64,000 nucleotides of DNA from an uncultured Gammaproteobacteria bacterium (GCA_963827755.1 CAWHCQ010000031.1:59799-123798), one strand, 5' to 3'. Positions 1 to 21,318 are shown, numbered from the stretch's first letter. Made by a program: numbers and translations. The notes: generated by a model from the sequence alone, not told the origin.

Positions 1-91
1 TGCGCTCAACCAGAACAGTCGCAGACTTGTCCATCCTGTTGTTGATGACCTTGCAGGTGAGCAGTTGCCCGGTTTCTTTAGCCTCGCTCAT
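1..91 (-). CDS. rpsQ: 30S ribosomal protein S17, N-terminal part (runs off window)
   Basis: Manual translation [30 protein letters not shown]; follows rpmC in S10 order. Confidence 0.92.
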   Translation of the reverse strand, partial: MSEAKETGQLLTCKVINNRMDKSATVLVER

Positions 92-285
92 GACGTTCCA
101 CCTGCCTTCTCGTTTAATATGGTATGAATCCGTGCAATATCCTTGCGCACCTTGCGAACCTGGTCAGGCCGCGTCAGCTGGCCAATACCGCGCTGCATGT
201 TCAGGTTGAACCGCTCGCGCAGCAGGTTGTGCAGCTCGAGCTTGAGTTCGCTTTCTGTCTTGCTTCTCAGGTCAGCCGTCTTCAT
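88..285 (-). CDS. rpmC: 50S ribosomal protein L29
   Basis: [31 protein letters not shown]...[10 protein letters not shown] is the C-terminal part of ORF 88..699. Confidence 0.95.
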   Translation of the reverse strand: MKTADLRSKTESELKLELHNLLRERFNLNMQRGIGQLTRPDQVRKVRKDIARIHTILNEKAGGTS

Positions 286-699
286 CACATCACCGTCCGT
301 GCTACAAATGCCGTTTTGAATGGCAGCTTGGCAGCTGCGAGCCTGAATGCCTGCGCGCGCATCGGCTTCACTGACACCTTCAATTTCGTAGAGCACGCGC
401 CCGGGCTGAATCTGTGCAATCCAGTATTCAACATTGCCCTTGCCCTTGCCCTGGCGAACCTCGATCGGTTTTTTGGTGATCGGCACATCCGGAAATACCC
501 GAATCCAGACTTTGCCGCCACGACTAACATAGCGCGTAATGGCACGACGGGCCGACTCGATCTGGCGTGAGGTCATACGCCCGCGCGACACAGACTTGAG
601 CGCATATTCTCCGAAGCTGACCTTGCTGCCGCGCTGCGCCAGGCCCCTGTTGCGGCCTTTCTGCTGCTTGCGAAATTTTGTCTTTTTGGGCTGTAACAT
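285..699 (-). CDS. rplP: 50S ribosomal protein L16 (one extra base near 355, likely sequence error)
   Basis: [16 protein letters not shown]...; the C-terminus [21 protein letters not shown] is in another frame (ORF 285..545). Confidence 0.95.
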
Positions 700-714
700 G
701 AATCCTCTCCGCTA

Positions 715-1389
715 TCAGGAAGCCGCTTTCTGCGGTGTTTCCGCTTCCGGCTGCTCTCCCTTCCCGTATATCTCACCCTTGAAGATCCAGACCTTCACGC
801 CAATCTTGCCGTAGGTTGTATTGGCTTCGGCTGTTCCATAATCGATATCGGCACGCAGCGTATGCAGCGGCACACGTCCTTCCCGATACCACTCACTACG
901 GGCAATTTCAGCACCATTCAAGCGACCGCCCACCTTGATCTTGATCCCCTCGGCACCGATGCGCATGGAGTTACTCACGGCACGCTTCATGGCGCGACGG
1001 AACATAATGCGACGCTCCAGCTGCTGGGCAACACTCTCGGCAACCAGGTAAGCATCCAGCTCGGGCTTGCGAATTTCTTCAACATTGATACTGACCGGTA
1101 TGCCCATACGCACAGTGATTTCCTTGCGTAAACGGTCAATGTCCTCGCCCTTCTTGCCGATCACAATACCCGGCCGTGCAGTATGGATCGTGATCACGGC
1201 ATTACTTGCCGGACGCATGATCTGCACACGACTGACAGATGCCTGGTCAAGCCGCTTCTTGATGAACTCACGAATCTCCAGATCCATGTTCAGGTACTCG
1301 GCATACTTGTCCGAGCCGGCATACCACGTGGACGTCCAGTCCTTGACGATACCCAGTCGAATGCCTGTTGGATGTACTTTTTGACCCAT
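715..1389 (-). CDS. rpsC: 30S ribosomal protein S3
   Basis: [27 protein letters not shown]. Confidence 0.99.
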   Translation of the reverse strand: MGQKVHPTGIRLGIVKDWTSTWYAGSDKYAEYLNMDLEIREFIKKRLDQASVSRVQIMRPASNAVITIHTARPGIVIGKKGEDIDRLRKEITVRMGIPVSINVEEIRKPELDAYLVAESVAQQLERRIMFRRAMKRAVSNSMRIGAEGIKIKVGGRLNGAEIARSEWYREGRVPLHTLRADIDYGTAEANTTYGKIGVKVWIFKGEIYGKGEQPEAETPQKAAS

Positions 1390-1419
1390 TCTGCTCTATC
1401 CGCCTCTGATCTGGTTGAC

Positions 1420-1752
1420 TTAAACGTCACCCACCGTAACGGTGATGTGACTGTTTCGCTTCAGAATCCGTGTACCACGGCCCTTGGCACGTGCACGGAA
1501 GCGTTTCATGGTCCGACCTTCGTTGACAAAAATCGAATCCACCTTTAACTCATCTATATCTGCACCTTCATTGTGCTCGGCATTGGCAATCGCAGACTCG
1601 AGCACCTTGCGTACGAGGACGGCCGCTTTTTTCGGGCTGAACAGAAGCACGTCCAGCGCCCTTTCCACCGGTAATCCACGCACCTGGTCTGCCACCAGGC
1701 GGCACTTCTGCGCTGAAATGTGTGCGTGCTTCAATGTTGCGCTGACTTGCAT
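1420..1752 (-). CDS. rplV: 50S ribosomal protein L22
   Basis: [24 protein letters not shown]. Confidence 0.99.
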   Translation of the reverse strand: MQVSATLKHAHISAQKCRLVADQVRGLPVERALDVLLFSPKKAAVLVRKVLESAIANAEHNEGADIDELKVDSIFVNEGRTMKRFRARAKGRGTRILKRNSHITVTVGDV

Positions 1753-1764
1753 TATTGCGTCCTC

Positions 1765-2037
1765 TTACTTGGCTTTTCTGTCGGCCATATGACCCTTGTA
1801 TGTCCGGGTCAAGGCAAACTCGCCCAACTTGTGCCCAACCATGTTTTCATTGACCTGGACCGGTACATGCTGGCGGCCGTTGTGAATGGCGATAGTCAAA
1901 CCAACCATTTCAGGCAACACCATGGAACGCCGCGACCATGTCTTGATTGGACGCTTGCTGTTCTCGGCTACGGCCTTTTCCACCTTCTTCTGGAGGTGGC
2001 TGTCGATAAACGGACCTTTTCTGATTGAGCGTGGCAC
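1765..2037 (-). CDS. rpsS: 30S ribosomal protein S19
   Basis: [24 protein letters not shown]. Confidence 0.99.
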   Translation of the reverse strand: MPRSIRKGPFIDSHLQKKVEKAVAENSKRPIKTWSRRSMVLPEMVGLTIAIHNGRQHVPVQVNENMVGHKLGEFALTRTYKGHMADRKAK

Positions 2038-2055
2038 TGATACTAATCCTCTTGA

Positions 2056-2884
2056 TTACTTGCGGTTACGACGCCGGACGATCATGTTGTCTGTACGCTT
2101 GTTCTTGCGGGTTCGGAATCCTTTTGCCGGCGTACCCCACGGACTCACGGGATGACGACCACCTGAAGTACGTCCCTCACCACCACCATGCGGATGATCA
2201 ACCGGGTTCATGGAAACACCTCGCACAGTCGGACGCACACCGCGCCAGCGAGTGGCTCCCGCCTTGCCCAGCGAACGCAGGCCGTGCTCCGAATTACCGA
2301 CTTCACCAATCGTGGCCATGCAATCTGTCTGCACCTTGCGCATCTCACCGGAACGCAAACGCAGGGTGGCATGACTCACCTTCGCGTGCGACCAGCTGCA
2401 CACCGCTGCCTGCACTGCGCGCAATCTGCCCGCCCTTGGAAGGCTTCATTTCAATATTGTGCACCAGCGTGCCCAGCGGGATGTTGCGCAGCGGCATTGC
2501 ATTACCCACCTTGATCGGGGCATCGCTGCCACTGCGAACCTCGGTCCCGGCCGTCACGCCTTTCGGTGCCAGGATATAGCGTCGCTCGCCATCGGCGTAA
2601 AGCAGCAAGGCAAGATGTGCTGACCTGTTCGGGTCATACTCGATACGTTCAACCTTTGCAGGTATCCCCGTCTTGTCGCGCCTGAAATCGACCACACGGT
2701 AACGCTGCTTGTGGCCACCGCCACGATGACGCGTGGTGATCCGCCCGGCATTGTTGCGGCCGCCGTGTTTCGACTTTGATTCGACCAGGGCCGAGTGAGG
2801 CTTGCCCTTATGCAGCCCGGGCGTTGTCACCTTGACTACAAAGCGGCGTCCCGGCGAAGTTGGTTTGCATTTAACGAGTGCCAT
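2056..2884 (-). CDS. rplB: 50S ribosomal protein L2 (one extra base near 2377, likely sequence error)
   Basis: ORF 2345..2884 ([15 protein letters not shown]) joins ORF 2056..2424 ([13 protein letters not shown]). Confidence 0.97.
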
Positions 2885-2924
2885 TTCTGTATCCTTTTTA
2901 GCGTAGCCCGCGCATCAATCGCGA

Positions 2925-3221
2925 TTACTCCGCCCCCATAAAATCAATATCGTGACCTTCTGCAAGCGTCACATATGCCTTCTTCGAGTCAGCGCGCCTG
3001 CCCGTGGTTTGTCCATGGCGCTTGATCTTGCCGCGCATATTGGCTATCTGGACATTATCCACCTTGACATCAAACATGAGCTCGACGGCCTTGCGGACCT
3101 CTGGCTTGCTTGCGCTCCTGTCTACCTTGAAGACAAACTGGCGATGTGCGTCAGCAACACGGGTACTCTTTTCAGAGATCACCGGCGCAAGCAACACCTT
3201 CATCAAACGTTCCTGGTTCAT
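2925..3221 (-). CDS. rplW: 50S ribosomal protein L23
   Basis: APVISEKST...KKAYVTL; operon order. Confidence 0.98.
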   Translation of the reverse strand: MNQERLMKVLLAPVISEKSTRVADAHRQFVFKVDRSASKPEVRKAVELMFDVKVDNVQIANMRGKIKRHGQTTGRRADSKKAYVTLAEGHDIDFMGAE

Positions 3222-3823
3222 GCCAGCCTCTCCTCAAAACTTTTCAAGGCATCCCTGGTTATGAGCACCTTGTCAAACCCGACCAGGCTGACAGGATCTG
3301 CACCTGACACATCACATACAGCCACATTCGGCAGATTCCGCGCAGCCAGGTAGAGATTATCATCCGGCTCGACCGTTACGATCAGGACACTCTCCAGGCC
3401 GAGTTCCTGCAACATGCCGGACAGTTCCCTGGTTTTCGGTTGCTTGACAGCAAAACTGTCTACCGCGACCAGGCGTTCCTGGCGAACCAGTTCGGACAGG
3501 ATTGAGCACATGGCCCCGCGGTACATCTTGCGATTGATCTTCTGCGTATAATCACGCGGCCGCGATGCGAAGGTAATACCACCGCCCCGCCATATCGGGC
3601 TGCGTATTGTACCAGCTCGCGCACGTCCTGTACCTTTCTGGCGCCATGGTTTTACACCACCACCCCTGACCTGCGAACGCGTCTTCTGCTGTGCGTTTCC
3701 GCTACGGGCACCGGCCAGACAGGCTGTTACCACCTGGTGCACCAGTGACTCCCTGAAATCCACAGCAAAGGTATCATCTGAAACCTGCACTGAACCCGAG
3801 CCTTGTAACTGCAATTCCATCAT
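3218..3823 (-). CDS. rplD: 50S ribosomal protein L4
   Basis: [14 protein letters not shown] motif. Confidence 0.99.
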   Translation of the reverse strand: MMELQLQGSGSVQVSDDTFAVDFRESLVHQVVTACLAGARSGNAQQKTRSQVRGGGVKPWRQKGTGRARAGTIRSPIWRGGGITFASRPRDYTQKINRKMYRGAMCSILSELVRQERLVAVDSFAVKQPKTRELSGMLQELGLESVLIVTVEPDDNLYLAARNLPNVAVCDVSGADPVSLVGFDKVLITRDALKSFEERLA

Positions 3824-3830
3824 GCAACTC

Positions 3831-4472
3831 CTAACGCGTCTTTACTGCAGGGCAAATGATGACATCACCGCCCCTGGAACCCGGAACCGCGCCCTTTACC
3901 AGCAGCAGGTTGCGCTCTGTATCGACACTGACAACCTTAATATTCTGGGTAGTACGCTTTACATTACCCATTTGGCCGGACATCTTTTTGCCTTTTACAA
4001 CACGTCCCGGCGTCTGGCACTGCCCGATTGAACCTGGTGCACGGTGCGACAGCGAGTTACCGTGCGTGGCATCCTGCATACTGAAGTTGTAACGTTTGAT
4101 CACACCGGCAAAACCCTTACCGATGGAAGTACCGCTGACATCCACAGTCTGTCCGTTTTCGAAGATATCCACCTTTATTTCGCTGCCGACCTCGATACCT
4201 TCACCCTCACCATCGGCAAGCCTGAATTCCCAGAGCCCGCGCCCGGCTTCGGTTCCTGCCTTGGCGTAATGTCCAGCCATGGACCTGTTGACGCGTGAAG
4301 CACGTCGTTCACCCGTTGTTACCTGCAGGGCACGATAACCATCGTCCTCTACCGTCTTGATCTGGGTGACACGATTCGGATCAACCGAAATCACAGTTAC
4401 CGGCACAGAGGCACCTTCATCAGTGAAGATGCGTGTCATTCCTGCCTTGCGTCCTACTATTCCGATAGTCAT
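3831..4472 (-). CDS. rplC: 50S ribosomal protein L3
   Basis: [26 protein letters not shown]. Confidence 0.99.
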   Translation of the reverse strand: MTIGIVGRKAGMTRIFTDEGASVPVTVISVDPNRVTQIKTVEDDGYRALQVTTGERRASRVNRSMAGHYAKAGTEAGRGLWEFRLADGEGEGIEVGSEIKVDIFENGQTVDVSGTSIGKGFAGVIKRYNFSMQDATHGNSLSHRAPGSIGQCQTPGRVVKGKKMSGQMGNVKRTTQNIKVVSVDTERNLLLVKGAVPGSRGGDVIICPAVKTR

Positions 4473-4485
4473 TACAATTATCCGG

Positions 4486-4797
4486 TTAGTTCAACTTGAT
4501 CTGGACATCAACGCCTGCAGCAAGATCCAGCTTCATCAGGGCATCAACAGTCTTGTCTGTCGGATCAACAATATCCATAAGACGCTTGTGCGTCCGAATC
4601 TCGTACTGGTCACGCGCGTCCTTGTTGACGTGCGGTGAAATCAATATGGTAAAGCGCTCTTTCCTTGTAGGCAGCGGAATAGGGCCGCGCACCTGGGCAC
4701 CGGTGCGCCTTGCCGTCTCCACAATCTCTGCCGCCGACCGGTCAATCAGTCGATGATCGAAGGCCTTGAGACGTATCCTGATTCTCTGGTTGCTCAT
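4486..4797 (-). CDS. rpsJ: 30S ribosomal protein S10
   Basis: [22 protein letters not shown]. Confidence 0.99.
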   Translation of the reverse strand: MSNQRIRIRLKAFDHRLIDRSAAEIVETARRTGAQVRGPIPLPTRKERFTILISPHVNKDARDQYEIRTHKRLMDIVDPTDKTVDALMKLDLAAGVDVQIKLN

Positions 4798-4825
4798 ATC
4801 AATGTTTCACTCTTAATCATTCGGT

Positions 4826-4894
4826 GCAGGAGCGCTTCTCAAGCGCGATCTTTATTTGATCGCAGAAAGAATCGCGGACGAGGTCCGCTCCTAC
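4826..4894. repeat. REP doublet (REPIN-like), family A
   Basis: GCAGGAGCGCTTCTCAAGCGCGAT, 21-nt spacer, then ATCGCGGACGAGGTCCGCTCCTAC in inverted orientation. Confidence 0.8.
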
Positions 4895-4906
4895 AGTTAA
4901 TTAATA

Positions 4907-6097
4907 TCACTCGATAATCTTCGAGACGACGCCGGCGCCAACGGTACGGCCGCCTTCACGAATCGCGAAGCGCAGACCATCCTCCATCGCGATCGGTGCA
5001 ATCAACGACACCGTCATCTTGATGTTGTCACCCGGCATCACCATCTCCACACCTTCCGGCAAATCACACGCACCGGTCACGTCCGTCGTGCGGAAGTAAA
5101 ACTGCGGCCGGTAATTGCTGAAAAACGGCGTGTGACGTCCACCCTCATCCTTGCTCAGGATGTACACCTCGCACTCGAACTTGGTGTGCGGCGTAATACT
5201 CCCCGGCTTCGCCAGCACCTGGCCGCGCTCGACTTCTTCACGCTTGGTGCCGCGCAGCAGCACACCCACGTTGTCACCCGCACGGCCTTCGTCCAGCAAC
5301 TTGCGAAACATCTCGACACCCGTGCAGGTCGTCGCCAGCGTGTCCTTGATGCCGACAATCTGCAGCTCTTCGCCCACCTTGACGATACCGCGCTCGATAC
5401 GACCCGTGACCACCGTGCCGCGGCCCGAAATCGAGAACACGTCCTCGACCGGCATCAGAAAATCACCGTCGATCGCACGCTCCGGCTCCGGAATGTACTT
5501 GTCCATCTCCTCAACCAGCTTGAGGATCGAGGGCACACCGATATCGCTGGTGTCGCCTTCCAGCGCCTTCAGCGCCGAACCCGTCACGATCGGGGTGTCA
5601 TCACCCGGGAAATCGTACTTGTCCAGCAGCTCGCGAATCTCCATCTCGACCAGCTCCAGCAGCTCCGCATCATCAACCTGGTCGGCCTTGTTCATGTAAA
5701 CCAGTATATAAGGCACGCCAACCTGGCGGGACAGCAGGATGTGCTCACGCGTCTGCGGCATCGGGCCGTCTGCGGCACTCACTACCAGGATCGCACCGTC
5801 CATCTGCGCCGCACCCGTGATCATGTTCTTCACGTAGTCAGCATGGCCCGGGCAGTCAACGTGCGCATAGTGGCGGTTCGGTGACTCGTATTCCACGTGC
5901 GACGTCGCAATCGTGATGCCGCGCTCGCGTTCTTCCGGCGCATTGTCAATCTGGTCGAAGGCCTTGAACTCACCACCGTGCGCTTCTGCCATCACCTTCG
6001 TGATCGCTGCCGTTAACGTTGTCTTGCCATGATCCACATGCCCGATCGTTCCAACGTTGACATGCGGCTTGGTACGTTCAAATTTTTCTTTCGACAC
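4907..6097 (-). CDS. tuf: Elongation factor Tu (str operon copy, GTG start)
   Basis: [21 protein letters not shown]. Confidence 0.99.
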   Translation of the reverse strand: MSKEKFERTKPHVNVGTIGHVDHGKTTLTAAITKVMAEAHGGEFKAFDQIDNAPEERERGITIATSHVEYESPNRHYAHVDCPGHADYVKNMITGAAQMDGAILVVSAADGPMPQTREHILLSRQVGVPYILVYMNKADQVDDAELLELVEMEIRELLDKYDFPGDDTPIVTGSALKALEGDTSDIGVPSILKLVEEMDKYIPEPERAIDGDFLMPVEDVFSISGRGTVVTGRIERGIVKVGEELQIVGIKDTLATTCTGVEMFRKLLDEGRAGDNVGVLLRGTKREEVERGQVLAKPGSITPHTKFECEVYILSKDEGGRHTPFFSNYRPQFYFRTTDVTGACDLPEGVEMVMPGDNIKMTVSLIAPIAMEDGLRFAIREGGRTVGAGVVSKIIE

Positions 6098-6132
6098 GAC
6101 TATATTCCTCTGTTATCCCTGAAAATAATTGT

Positions 6133-8232
6133 TCAAGAAGCCTTTCTGATAACGGCATCTGCGATACTGCCTGGTGCTTCTGTGTACTTGTCGAATTCCA
6201 TCGAGTAGGTTGCCCTGCCCTGGGTTGCCGAACGCAGGTCGGTGGAATACCCGAACATCTCTGCGAGCGGCACCTCCGCACGAATGGTCTTGCCAACCAC
6301 GCCATCATCCATGCCGTGGGTAATGCCGCGACGCCGGTTCAGGTCGCCCATCACATCGCCCAGGTATTCTTCCGGGGTTACAACCTCTACCTTCATAACC
6401 GGCTCCAGCAATACCGGGCCTGCTTTTAACGCCCCGGACCTGAATGCCATCGAGCCTGCTATCTTGAACGCCATCTCACTGGAGTCGACATCATGATAGG
6501 AACCGTCATACAGGGTCACCTTGACGTCCACGACCGGGTAGCCCCCGATCACGCCGTTCTTCATCTGCTCCTGCACACCCTTGTCTACCGATGAGATGTA
6601 TTCACGTGGAACAGCACCGCCGACAACGGCATTTTCAAATTCGTAACCGACTCCGGCTTTTTGCGGCTCAATCCTCAGCCAGACATGTCCATACTGGCCA
6701 CGGCCACCTGACTGGCGCACAAACTTGCCTTCCTGCTCGACTGTTTTCCGAATCGTCTCCCGATAAGCGACCTGCGGTGCGCCGACATTTGCCTCGACGG
6801 CAAACTCGCGCTTCATGCGGTCAACAATGATATCGAGATGCAATTCACCCATGCCTGAAATAATGGTCTGCCCGGATTCCTCGTCGGTATGCACGCGAAA
6901 TGACGGGTCTTCCTTGGCCAGCTTCTGCAGGGCAATGCCCATTTTTTCCTGGTCGGCCTTGGTTTTTGGCTCAACGGCAACCGAAATCACCGGCTCCGGA
7001 AATTCCATGCGCTCCAGCGTAATGACGTGATCCGGATTGCAAAGCGTGTCACCGGTTGTAACGTCCTTGAGGCCGACCGCTGCCGCGATGTCCCCGGCGC
7101 GCACTTCCTTGATCTCTTCACGGCTGTTGGCATGCATCTGCAAAATACGGCCAATGCGCTCTTTCTTGCCTTTCACCGGGTTGTATATCGTGTCTCCGGA
7201 CGCCAGCACTCCCGAATAAACACGGAAGAAAGTCAGGTTGCCTACAAACGGATCCGTGGCAATCTTGAAGGCCAGCGAGGCAAACGGCTCTTCATCAGAT
7301 GCATGGCGTTCGTCTTCCGTCTCCTCTGCATCGTTCAAATGCCCGGTAATCGCAGGCACATCCAGCGGCGAAGGCATGTAGTAGATGACCGAGTCCAGCA
7401 TTGCCTGCACACCTTTATTCTTGAATGCCGAACCGCACAGGGCCGGGACTATTTCATTGGCCAGCGTGCGCGCCCGAATGCCTTCACGAATCTCTGTCTC
7501 GGACAACTCGCCTGATTCCAGGTACTTTTCCATCAGCGCATCCGTTGCTTCTGCAGCGGATTCGATCATGTGCTCGCGCCATTCCTTGCAGGCGTCGATC
7601 ATGTCAGCCGGAATCTCCCTTTCCTCGTAGGTCATGCCCTTGTCGGACTCATTCCAGTAAATCGCTTTCATCCGCACCAGGTCGACCAGGCCCTTGAAGT
7701 TCTCTTCCGCGCCAATCGGCAGCTGCAGCGGAACCGGGGTGGAACCCAGCCGGGTTCTGATCTGCTCCACCACCCGCAAAAAGTTGGCGCCCGAGCGGTC
7801 CATCTTGTTCACAAAGGCCATGCGCGGCACGTGGTACTTGTTGGCCTGGCGCCAGACGGTCTCGGACTGCGGCTCGACCCCGCCGACAGCGCAAAATACG
7901 GCACATGCACCATCGAGTACGCGCAGGGAGCGTTCGACCTCGATCGTGAAATCGACGTGTCCAGGGGTATCGATTATGTTGATACGGTGCTGCGCAAACT
8001 GCTGATCCATTCCTGCCCAGAAGCAGGTAGTGGCAGCAGAGGTAATCGTTATACCGCGTTCCTGCTCCTGCTCCATCCAGTCCATGACAGCGGCGCCATC
8101 ATGTACTTCACCAATCTTGTGCGACACGCCGGTATAGAACAACACGCGCTCGGTCGTCGTGGTCTTGCCCGCATCGATATGCGCCATGATCCCGATATTC
8201 CGATAACGGTCGATTGGAGTAGAGCGTGCCAC
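6133..8232 (-). CDS. fusA: Elongation factor G
   Basis: [18 protein letters not shown]; 699 aa. Confidence 0.99.
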   Translation of the reverse strand: MARSTPIDRYRNIGIMAHIDAGKTTTTERVLFYTGVSHKIGEVHDGAAVMDWMEQEQERGITITSAATTCFWAGMDQQFAQHRINIIDTPGHVDFTIEVERSLRVLDGACAVFCAVGGVEPQSETVWRQANKYHVPRMAFVNKMDRSGANFLRVVEQIRTRLGSTPVPLQLPIGAEENFKGLVDLVRMKAIYWNESDKGMTYEEREIPADMIDACKEWREHMIESAAEATDALMEKYLESGELSETEIREGIRARTLANEIVPALCGSAFKNKGVQAMLDSVIYYMPSPLDVPAITGHLNDAEETEDERHASDEEPFASLAFKIATDPFVGNLTFFRVYSGVLASGDTIYNPVKGKKERIGRILQMHANSREEIKEVRAGDIAAAVGLKDVTTGDTLCNPDHVITLERMEFPEPVISVAVEPKTKADQEKMGIALQKLAKEDPSFRVHTDEESGQTIISGMGELHLDIIVDRMKREFAVEANVGAPQVAYRETIRKTVEQEGKFVRQSGGRGQYGHVWLRIEPQKAGVGYEFENAVVGGAVPREYISSVDKGVQEQMKNGVIGGYPVVDVKVTLYDGSYHDVDSSEMAFKIAGSMAFRSGALKAGPVLLEPVMKVEVVTPEEYLGDVMGDLNRRRGITHGMDDGVVGKTIRAEVPLAEMFGYSTDLRSATQGRATYSMEFDKYTEAPGSIADAVIRKAS

Positions 8233-8282
8233 TTTTGTATTCCTGTATCCCTGTGCAATTGATGTAACAATTAAAATACGAC

Positions 8283-8753
8283 CTACCAGCGGTAATGAGA
8301 AAAGGCCTTGTTGGCCTCTGCCATCCGATGTGTTTCTTCACGTTTCTTGACTGCATTGCCACGACTCTCGGCAGCGTCCATCAACTCGCCGGCCAGTCGT
8401 AACGGCATGGACTTTTCACTGCGCTTGCGAGCCGCATCCAGCACCCAGCGCATGGCCAGCGTGGTACGGCGAATCGGGCGCACTTCAATCGGCACCTGGT
8501 AGGTCGCACCACCAACGCGGCGTGATTTCACCTCGACCATGGGGCGCACGTTATCAAGCGCCTTGTCCAGGACCTCGACCGGGTCGTCATTTCCCTTGCC
8601 GGCAATCTGGTCCAGAGCACCGTAGATAATGCGCTCGGCAACCGATTTCTTGCCGGACTGCATAACCATGTTGATAAACTTGGCCAGCATGAGATTCCCG
8701 TATTTGGGGTCAGGCAGAATCTCTCTTGAACCGATGACTTTTCTTCTCGACAT
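8283..8753 (-). CDS. rpsG: 30S ribosomal protein S7
   Basis: [25 protein letters not shown]. Confidence 0.99.
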   Translation of the reverse strand: MSRRKVIGSREILPDPKYGNLMLAKFINMVMQSGKKSVAERIIYGALDQIAGKGNDDPVEVLDKALDNVRPMVEVKSRRVGGATYQVPIEVRPIRRTTLAMRWVLDAARKRSEKSMPLRLAGELMDAAESRGNAVKKREETHRMAEANKAFSHYRW

Positions 8754-8789
8754 TGCTAATTCTCAATTACTCTTCGGTGTATTAGTGGT

Positions 8790-9164
8790 TCAGGACTTTG
8801 GCCGCTTGGCGCCGTACTTGGAACGACCCTGGCGGCGAGTGGTTACACCCGAGGTATCCAGGCTGCCGCGAACGGTGTGGTAGCGCACGCCAGGTAAATC
8901 CTTTACACGACCGCCTCGAATCAGCACCACCGAGTGTTCCTGGAGGTTATGCCCCTCACCACCGATATAAGTAGTCACCTCAAAGCCATTCGTCAGACGA
9001 ACACGCGCAACCTTGCGTAAAGCCGAGTTCGGCTTCTTCGGGGTCGTCGTATACACACGTGTACAGACACCGCGTTTCTGCGGACATGCATCCAGCGCAG
9101 GGACGTTACTCTTTTCCCTTTTCCTGGAACGCGGCTTGCGCACTAGCTGATTGATTGTTGCCAT
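8790..9164 (-). CDS. rpsL: 30S ribosomal protein S12
   Basis: [22 protein letters not shown]. Confidence 0.99.
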   Translation of the reverse strand: MATINQLVRKPRSRKREKSNVPALDACPQKRGVCTRVYTTTPKKPNSALRKVARVRLTNGFEVTTYIGGEGHNLQEHSVVLIRGGRVKDLPGVRYHTVRGSLDTSGVTTRRQGRSKYGAKRPKS

Positions 9165-9219
9165 TAACCTTGTAACCCTGAAATTCGCCTGGAAATAATT
9201 CTAAGCCACTGAAAACAAA

Positions 9220-9286
9220 CGACAGGCCGGACGAGCCGGCCTGTCGAGAGAAGCGGAATTCTAGTGACAGGACCAGCCCCTGTCAA
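9220..9286 (-). promoter_or_regulatory. sigma70 promoter of str operon plus 5' leader hairpin
   Basis: Minus strand TTGACA (9286-9281), 17 nt, TAGAAT (9263-9258); 11-bp stem hairpin at 9220-9246. Confidence 0.8.
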
Positions 9287-9296
9287 GCAGGAATTT

Positions 9297-13536
<4,240 letters not shown>

Positions 13537-13563
13537 TTATTACAAACCCGGCTACGTTTATTC

Positions 13564-17641
<4,078 letters not shown>

Positions 17642-17835
17642 CGGTTTTCCTCTCCACTAACAATGAAGAATGCTGTTTATCAGCCCTGCAAATCCGTTTA
17701 CTGACAGGGATTCGCGGCGCTGCATAACCCTTCAAATACAACAAGCAGGGAAAGGCCGGGTGCCTTATGCACTACCGGCCTGCCCTGTATTTTTTGCGCG
17801 TACGCAATAACCACTAAAAGCTGCAGAGAGCCCGC

Positions 17836-18210
17836 TTACTTGAGAGCGACGGTTGCGCCGGCCTCATCAAGCTGCTTCTTGATACCCTCGGCTTCTTCCT
17901 TGGAAGCGCCTTCCTTGATAGTGGAAGGAACGCCTTCCACCATTTCCTTTGCTTCCTTCAGGCCCAGACCGGTGATACTGCGTACTGCCTTGATGACGGA
18001 CACCTTGTTGTCGCCAAAACTGCTCATGATAACGTCGAACTCGGTTTGCTCTTCAGCAGCAGCGGCTTCACCACCGGCGGCTGGCGCTGCAGCAACGGCT
18101 GCGGCAGCGGAAACACCAAACTTCTCTTCCATGGCGGCGATCAGATCGACAACTTCCATCACTGTCATGCTTGAAACTGTTTCCAGAATCTCTTCTTGTG
18201 AAACGGCCAT
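17836..18210 (-). CDS. rplL: 50S ribosomal protein L7/L12
   Basis: [22 protein letters not shown]. Confidence 0.99.
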   Translation of the reverse strand: MAVSQEEILETVSSMTVMEVVDLIAAMEEKFGVSAAAAVAAAPAAGGEAAAAEEQTEFDVIMSSFGDNKVSVIKAVRSITGLGLKEAKEMVEGVPSTIKEGASKEEAEGIKKQLDEAGATVALK

Positions 18211-18256
18211 AACGAATACTCCTGTTAATAATATTTAAAGTTGGAATTGAATAGCT

Positions 18257-18787
18257 TTATGCTGCTTGCTGCTTCTGGTCGCGAATCGCGGCTACCGTAC
18301 GTACAAGCTTGCCCGGCACTTCATTGAGCGTGCGTACAAACTTCTCGGTCGGCGCCAGCATGACTGCCATAAGCAAACTGATAGCCTGGTCGCGGGTCGG
18401 GAGCTTGGCGAGCTTGTCAATGTCTGACGGCTCGAGCAGCTCGCCACCAACAGAAAGCATGGTTACCTCGAACTTGCCGTATTGCTTGGCAAAGTCCTTG
18501 GTTACACGTGCGGCAGCACCGGGATCTTCCCTGGAAAATGCCAGGATCAAGGGTCCGGTCAAACGCCCGGTCATGCATTCGAAGTCAGTGTTTGCCAGGG
18601 CACGACGCGCCAGCGTGTTTTTCACGACACGCAAATAGACGTTGTCCTCGCGTGCTCGCACACGCAGGTCAGTCATCTGATCAACCGTAATACCGCGATA
18701 TTCCGCGGCCACGGCCGACAGGGCCCCTTTTGCAACTGCAGATACTTCAGCAACAACAGCCTTTTTCTCTTCAAGAGTTAATGCCAT
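18257..18787 (-). CDS. rplJ: 50S ribosomal protein L10
   Basis: MALTLEEKKAVVAEV, VVKNTLARRA; start chosen after GAGG RBS. Confidence 0.97.
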   Translation of the reverse strand: MALTLEEKKAVVAEVSAVAKGALSAVAAEYRGITVDQMTDLRVRAREDNVYLRVVKNTLARRALANTDFECMTGRLTGPLILAFSREDPGAAARVTKDFAKQYGKFEVTMLSVGGELLEPSDIDKLAKLPTRDQAISLLMAVMLAPTEKFVRTLNEVPGKLVRTVAAIRDQKQQAA

Positions 18788-18918
18788 TGTGATTACCTCT
18801 TCAGAAAATCGCGCACAACACCATGCCGCACGGTCTTTTCTGCCAATTGACAACACGCCGGCAGCCAGCACCGACGCATACTATCTGGTGACTTGAAGAC
18901 AGAAGACTGTCACGACGT

Positions 18919-18999
18919 CACCCTCTGCGCAGGCCGCCCCGCTGTCGCGGAACCATTAAACCCGGCCAGACATGCCAGGTACCTGCGGTCTCTGACGGC
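18919..18999 (-). promoter_or_regulatory. L10 leader (r-protein autoregulatory RNA)
   Basis: AGACCGCAGG...TTAA...CCTGCGCAGA upstream of rplJ. Confidence 0.75.
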
Positions 19000-19103
19000 C
19001 ACCGGCAGGTGCCGGCTTACGTCAAACTATCCAGAAAGCCGTTCAGCTTCCCGCAATTCTCTCAAACCCTCCGCCCGGCCAGGGGGAGGCAACAAAAACA
19101 AAC

Positions 19104-19799
19104 CTACAATTCAAGCGATGCCTGGTCCACGGGGAGGCCCGGCCCCATCGTGGTCGACACCGAAATCTTCTTCAGGTACACGCCCTTGGCCGATGTCGGC
19201 TTGGTCTTGTTCAGGTCAGCCAGCAAGGCGCCCAGGTTTTCTTTCAGGGCGCTGATTTCGAAATCAGCCCTGCCGATCTGGCAGTGGATGATTCCCGCCT
19301 TGTCCGTGCGGTAGCGCACCTGGCCGGCCTTGGCATTTTTGACCGCTGTCGCAACGTCCTGGGCCACGGTTCCGACTTTCGGGTTGGGCATCAGGCCGCG
19401 CGGGCCGAGGATCTGTCCCAGGGTGCCGACAACGCGCATGGCATCCGGCGAGGCGATCACCACGTCAAAATCCATGTTGCCCTTCTTGACCTCTTCCGCC
19501 AGGTCTTCCATGCCGACGATATCCGCGCCCGCTTCCCTGGCCGCGTCTGCATTTGCGCCCTGGGTGAAGACCGCAACCCGCACGGTTTTACCGGTACCGT
19601 TCGGTAATACCGTCGAACCGCGCACCGCCTGATCTGACTTGCGCGCGTCAATGCCAAGGTTGACGCTGACATCGACAGACTCCTTGAACTTGACCGTGGA
19701 CAGTTCCTGCAACAGGGCCAGTGCCTCATCGATCGGGTACTGCTTGCCCGCGGTGAGTTTTTCCTTAATGAGCTTTGCTCTTTTCGTTAACCTGGTCAT
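19104..19799 (-). CDS. rplA: 50S ribosomal protein L1
   Basis: [22 protein letters not shown]. Confidence 0.99.
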   Translation of the reverse strand: MTRLTKRAKLIKEKLTAGKQYPIDEALALLQELSTVKFKESVDVSVNLGIDARKSDQAVRGSTVLPNGTGKTVRVAVFTQGANADAAREAGADIVGMEDLAEEVKKGNMDFDVVIASPDAMRVVGTLGQILGPRGLMPNPKVGTVAQDVATAVKNAKAGQVRYRTDKAGIIHCQIGRADFEISALKENLGALLADLNKTKPTSAKGVYLKKISVSTTMGPGLPVDQASLEL

Positions 19800-19803
19800 A
19801 CCC

Positions 19804-20232
19804 CTATCCCTCTACATCGATGCCCATACTGCGGGCACTTCCGGCAATAATCTGAACCGCTGCATCCATATCGGCAGCGTTCAGGTCAGGCATCTTTACA
19901 GTTGCGATCTCTTCCAGCTGGGCACGCGTTACCTTGCCGACCTTGTCCGTATTCGGCGTACCGGAACCCTTGGCAAGACCCAGCGCCTTCTTCAGCAGAA
20001 CCGAGGCCGGCGGCGTCTTGGTAATGAATGTAAAGCTGCGGTCGTTATAGACAGTAATCACGACCGGGGTCGGCAGGCCTTTTTCAAGCTTCTGCGTCTG
20101 CGCATTGAACGCCTTGCAGAATTCCATGATATTCACGCCATGCTGACCCAGCGCAGGGCCGACAGGCGGACTCGGATTGGCTTCACCTGCAGGAACCTGC
20201 AGCTTGATGTATGCCTCGATTTTCTTTGCCAT
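19804..20232 (-). CDS. rplK: 50S ribosomal protein L11
   Basis: [23 protein letters not shown]. Confidence 0.99.
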   Translation of the reverse strand: MAKKIEAYIKLQVPAGEANPSPPVGPALGQHGVNIMEFCKAFNAQTQKLEKGLPTPVVITVYNDRSFTFITKTPPASVLLKKALGLAKGSGTPNTDKVGKVTRAQLEEIATVKMPDLNAADMDAAVQIIAGSARSMGIDVEG

Positions 20233-20246
20233 TTTTTAACTCCTGT

Positions 20247-20273
20247 GGGTACAAGCGCCTTGCGGCTCCCCTG
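20247..20273 (-). promoter_or_regulatory. Putative L1-binding leader hairpin upstream of rplK
   Basis: GGGGAGCCGCAAGGCGCTTGTACCC directly before the AGGAG RBS. Confidence 0.65.
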
Positions 20274-20289
20274 TTACATAAACTTAGGT

Positions 20290-20352
20290 GTAGGAGCGGA
20301 TCTCATCCGCGATTTTTACTGCAAAACGTTCGCGCTCGCGGAGCGCTCCTGC
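20290..20352. repeat. REP doublet, family A
   Basis: GTAGGAGCGGATCTCATCCGCGAT ... TTCGCGCTCGCGGAGCGCTCCTGC between nusG and rplK. Confidence 0.8.
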
Positions 20353-20363
20353 ATGTATTACAG

Positions 20364-20897
20364 CTAGGCCTTCTCGACCTGGCCGAACTCAAGCTCAACC
20401 GGTGTTGACCGGCCGAAGATCAGTACCGATACACGCAGCCGGCTCTTTTCATAATTGACCTCTTCAACCACGCCGTTGAAGTCATTAAACGGGCCATCAG
20501 TGACACGCACCACTTCGCCCGGCTCAAACAGCACCTTCGGCCTGGGCTTGTCGACACCTTCCTGCACACGCTGCAGAATGGCATTCGCTTCCTTTTCAGA
20601 AATCGGTGCCGGCTTGTCACTGGTTCCACCGATGAACCCCAGCACCTTGGGCGCATCCTTGACCAGGTGCCAGGTATCTTCATTCATATCCATCTGCACC
20701 AGCACATAACCCGGAAAGAACTTGCGCTCGCTTTTACGCTTGGTCCCTTCGCGCATTTCAACGACTTCTTCCACGGGCACCAGGATTTCACCAAATGCAT
20801 CCGTCATTTCGGCGCGCGCAATACGCTCTTCAAGAGCGCGCTTGACCTGGTTCTCAAAACCGGAATAGGCGTGCACTACATACCACTGCAACGACAT
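20364..20897 (-). CDS. nusG: Transcription termination/antitermination factor NusG
   Basis: [22 protein letters not shown] domain. Confidence 0.99.
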   Translation of the reverse strand: MSLQWYVVHAYSGFENQVKRALEERIARAEMTDAFGEILVPVEEVVEMREGTKRKSERKFFPGYVLVQMDMNEDTWHLVKDAPKVLGFIGGTSDKPAPISEKEANAILQRVQEGVDKPRPKVLFEPGEVVRVTDGPFNDFNGVVEEVNYEKSRLRVSVLIFGRSTPVELEFGQVEKA

Positions 20898-20899
20898 CG

Positions 20900-21277
20900 T
20901 CAGCCACCCTGTCCGGTCAACATTTGAATAGCCGCCAGCAATACCATGTCCAGCAACCAGAGGAGAATCCCCATAATCAGCACGATCACAAGCACTGCCA
21001 GTGTCGTCTGCGTCGTCTCTGTCCGTGTCGGCCAGACAACACGCTGCACCTCTCTCTTGGCGCCGCTGATGAAACCGAAAACTCTTTTGCCCGTGCTTGA
21101 CTGTGCCGCGATAGCCACCGAAATTGCGGTTAAGGCGAGCAACCCGACCACGCGTAACAGCGGCGACTGATCGTCATAGTAATAAAAGGCAAAAATTGCG
21201 CCGCACAGCAACAGCACGGCCACGCCCAACTTGAGAGAGTCGAGCCGGTTACCGCCTGTTTCAACTTTTTCGTTCAT
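20900..21277 (-). CDS. secE: Preprotein translocase SecE (3 TM)
   Basis: [13 protein letters not shown]; position before nusG. Confidence 0.96.
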   Translation of the reverse strand: MNEKVETGGNRLDSLKLGVAVLLLCGAIFAFYYYDDQSPLLRVVGLLALTAISVAIAAQSSTGKRVFGFISGAKREVQRVVWPTRTETTQTTLAVLVIVLIMGILLWLLDMVLLAAIQMLTGQGG

Positions 21278-21318
21278 AATTTCCCGGAGCAAGATTGCAA
21301 CTTCTTCGCCGTAATCAT

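Noticed and set aside
88-699. Apparent L16-L29 fusion protein (203 aa)
   Set aside because: Produced by one extra base near 355; the normal L16 C-terminus and stop exist in another frame
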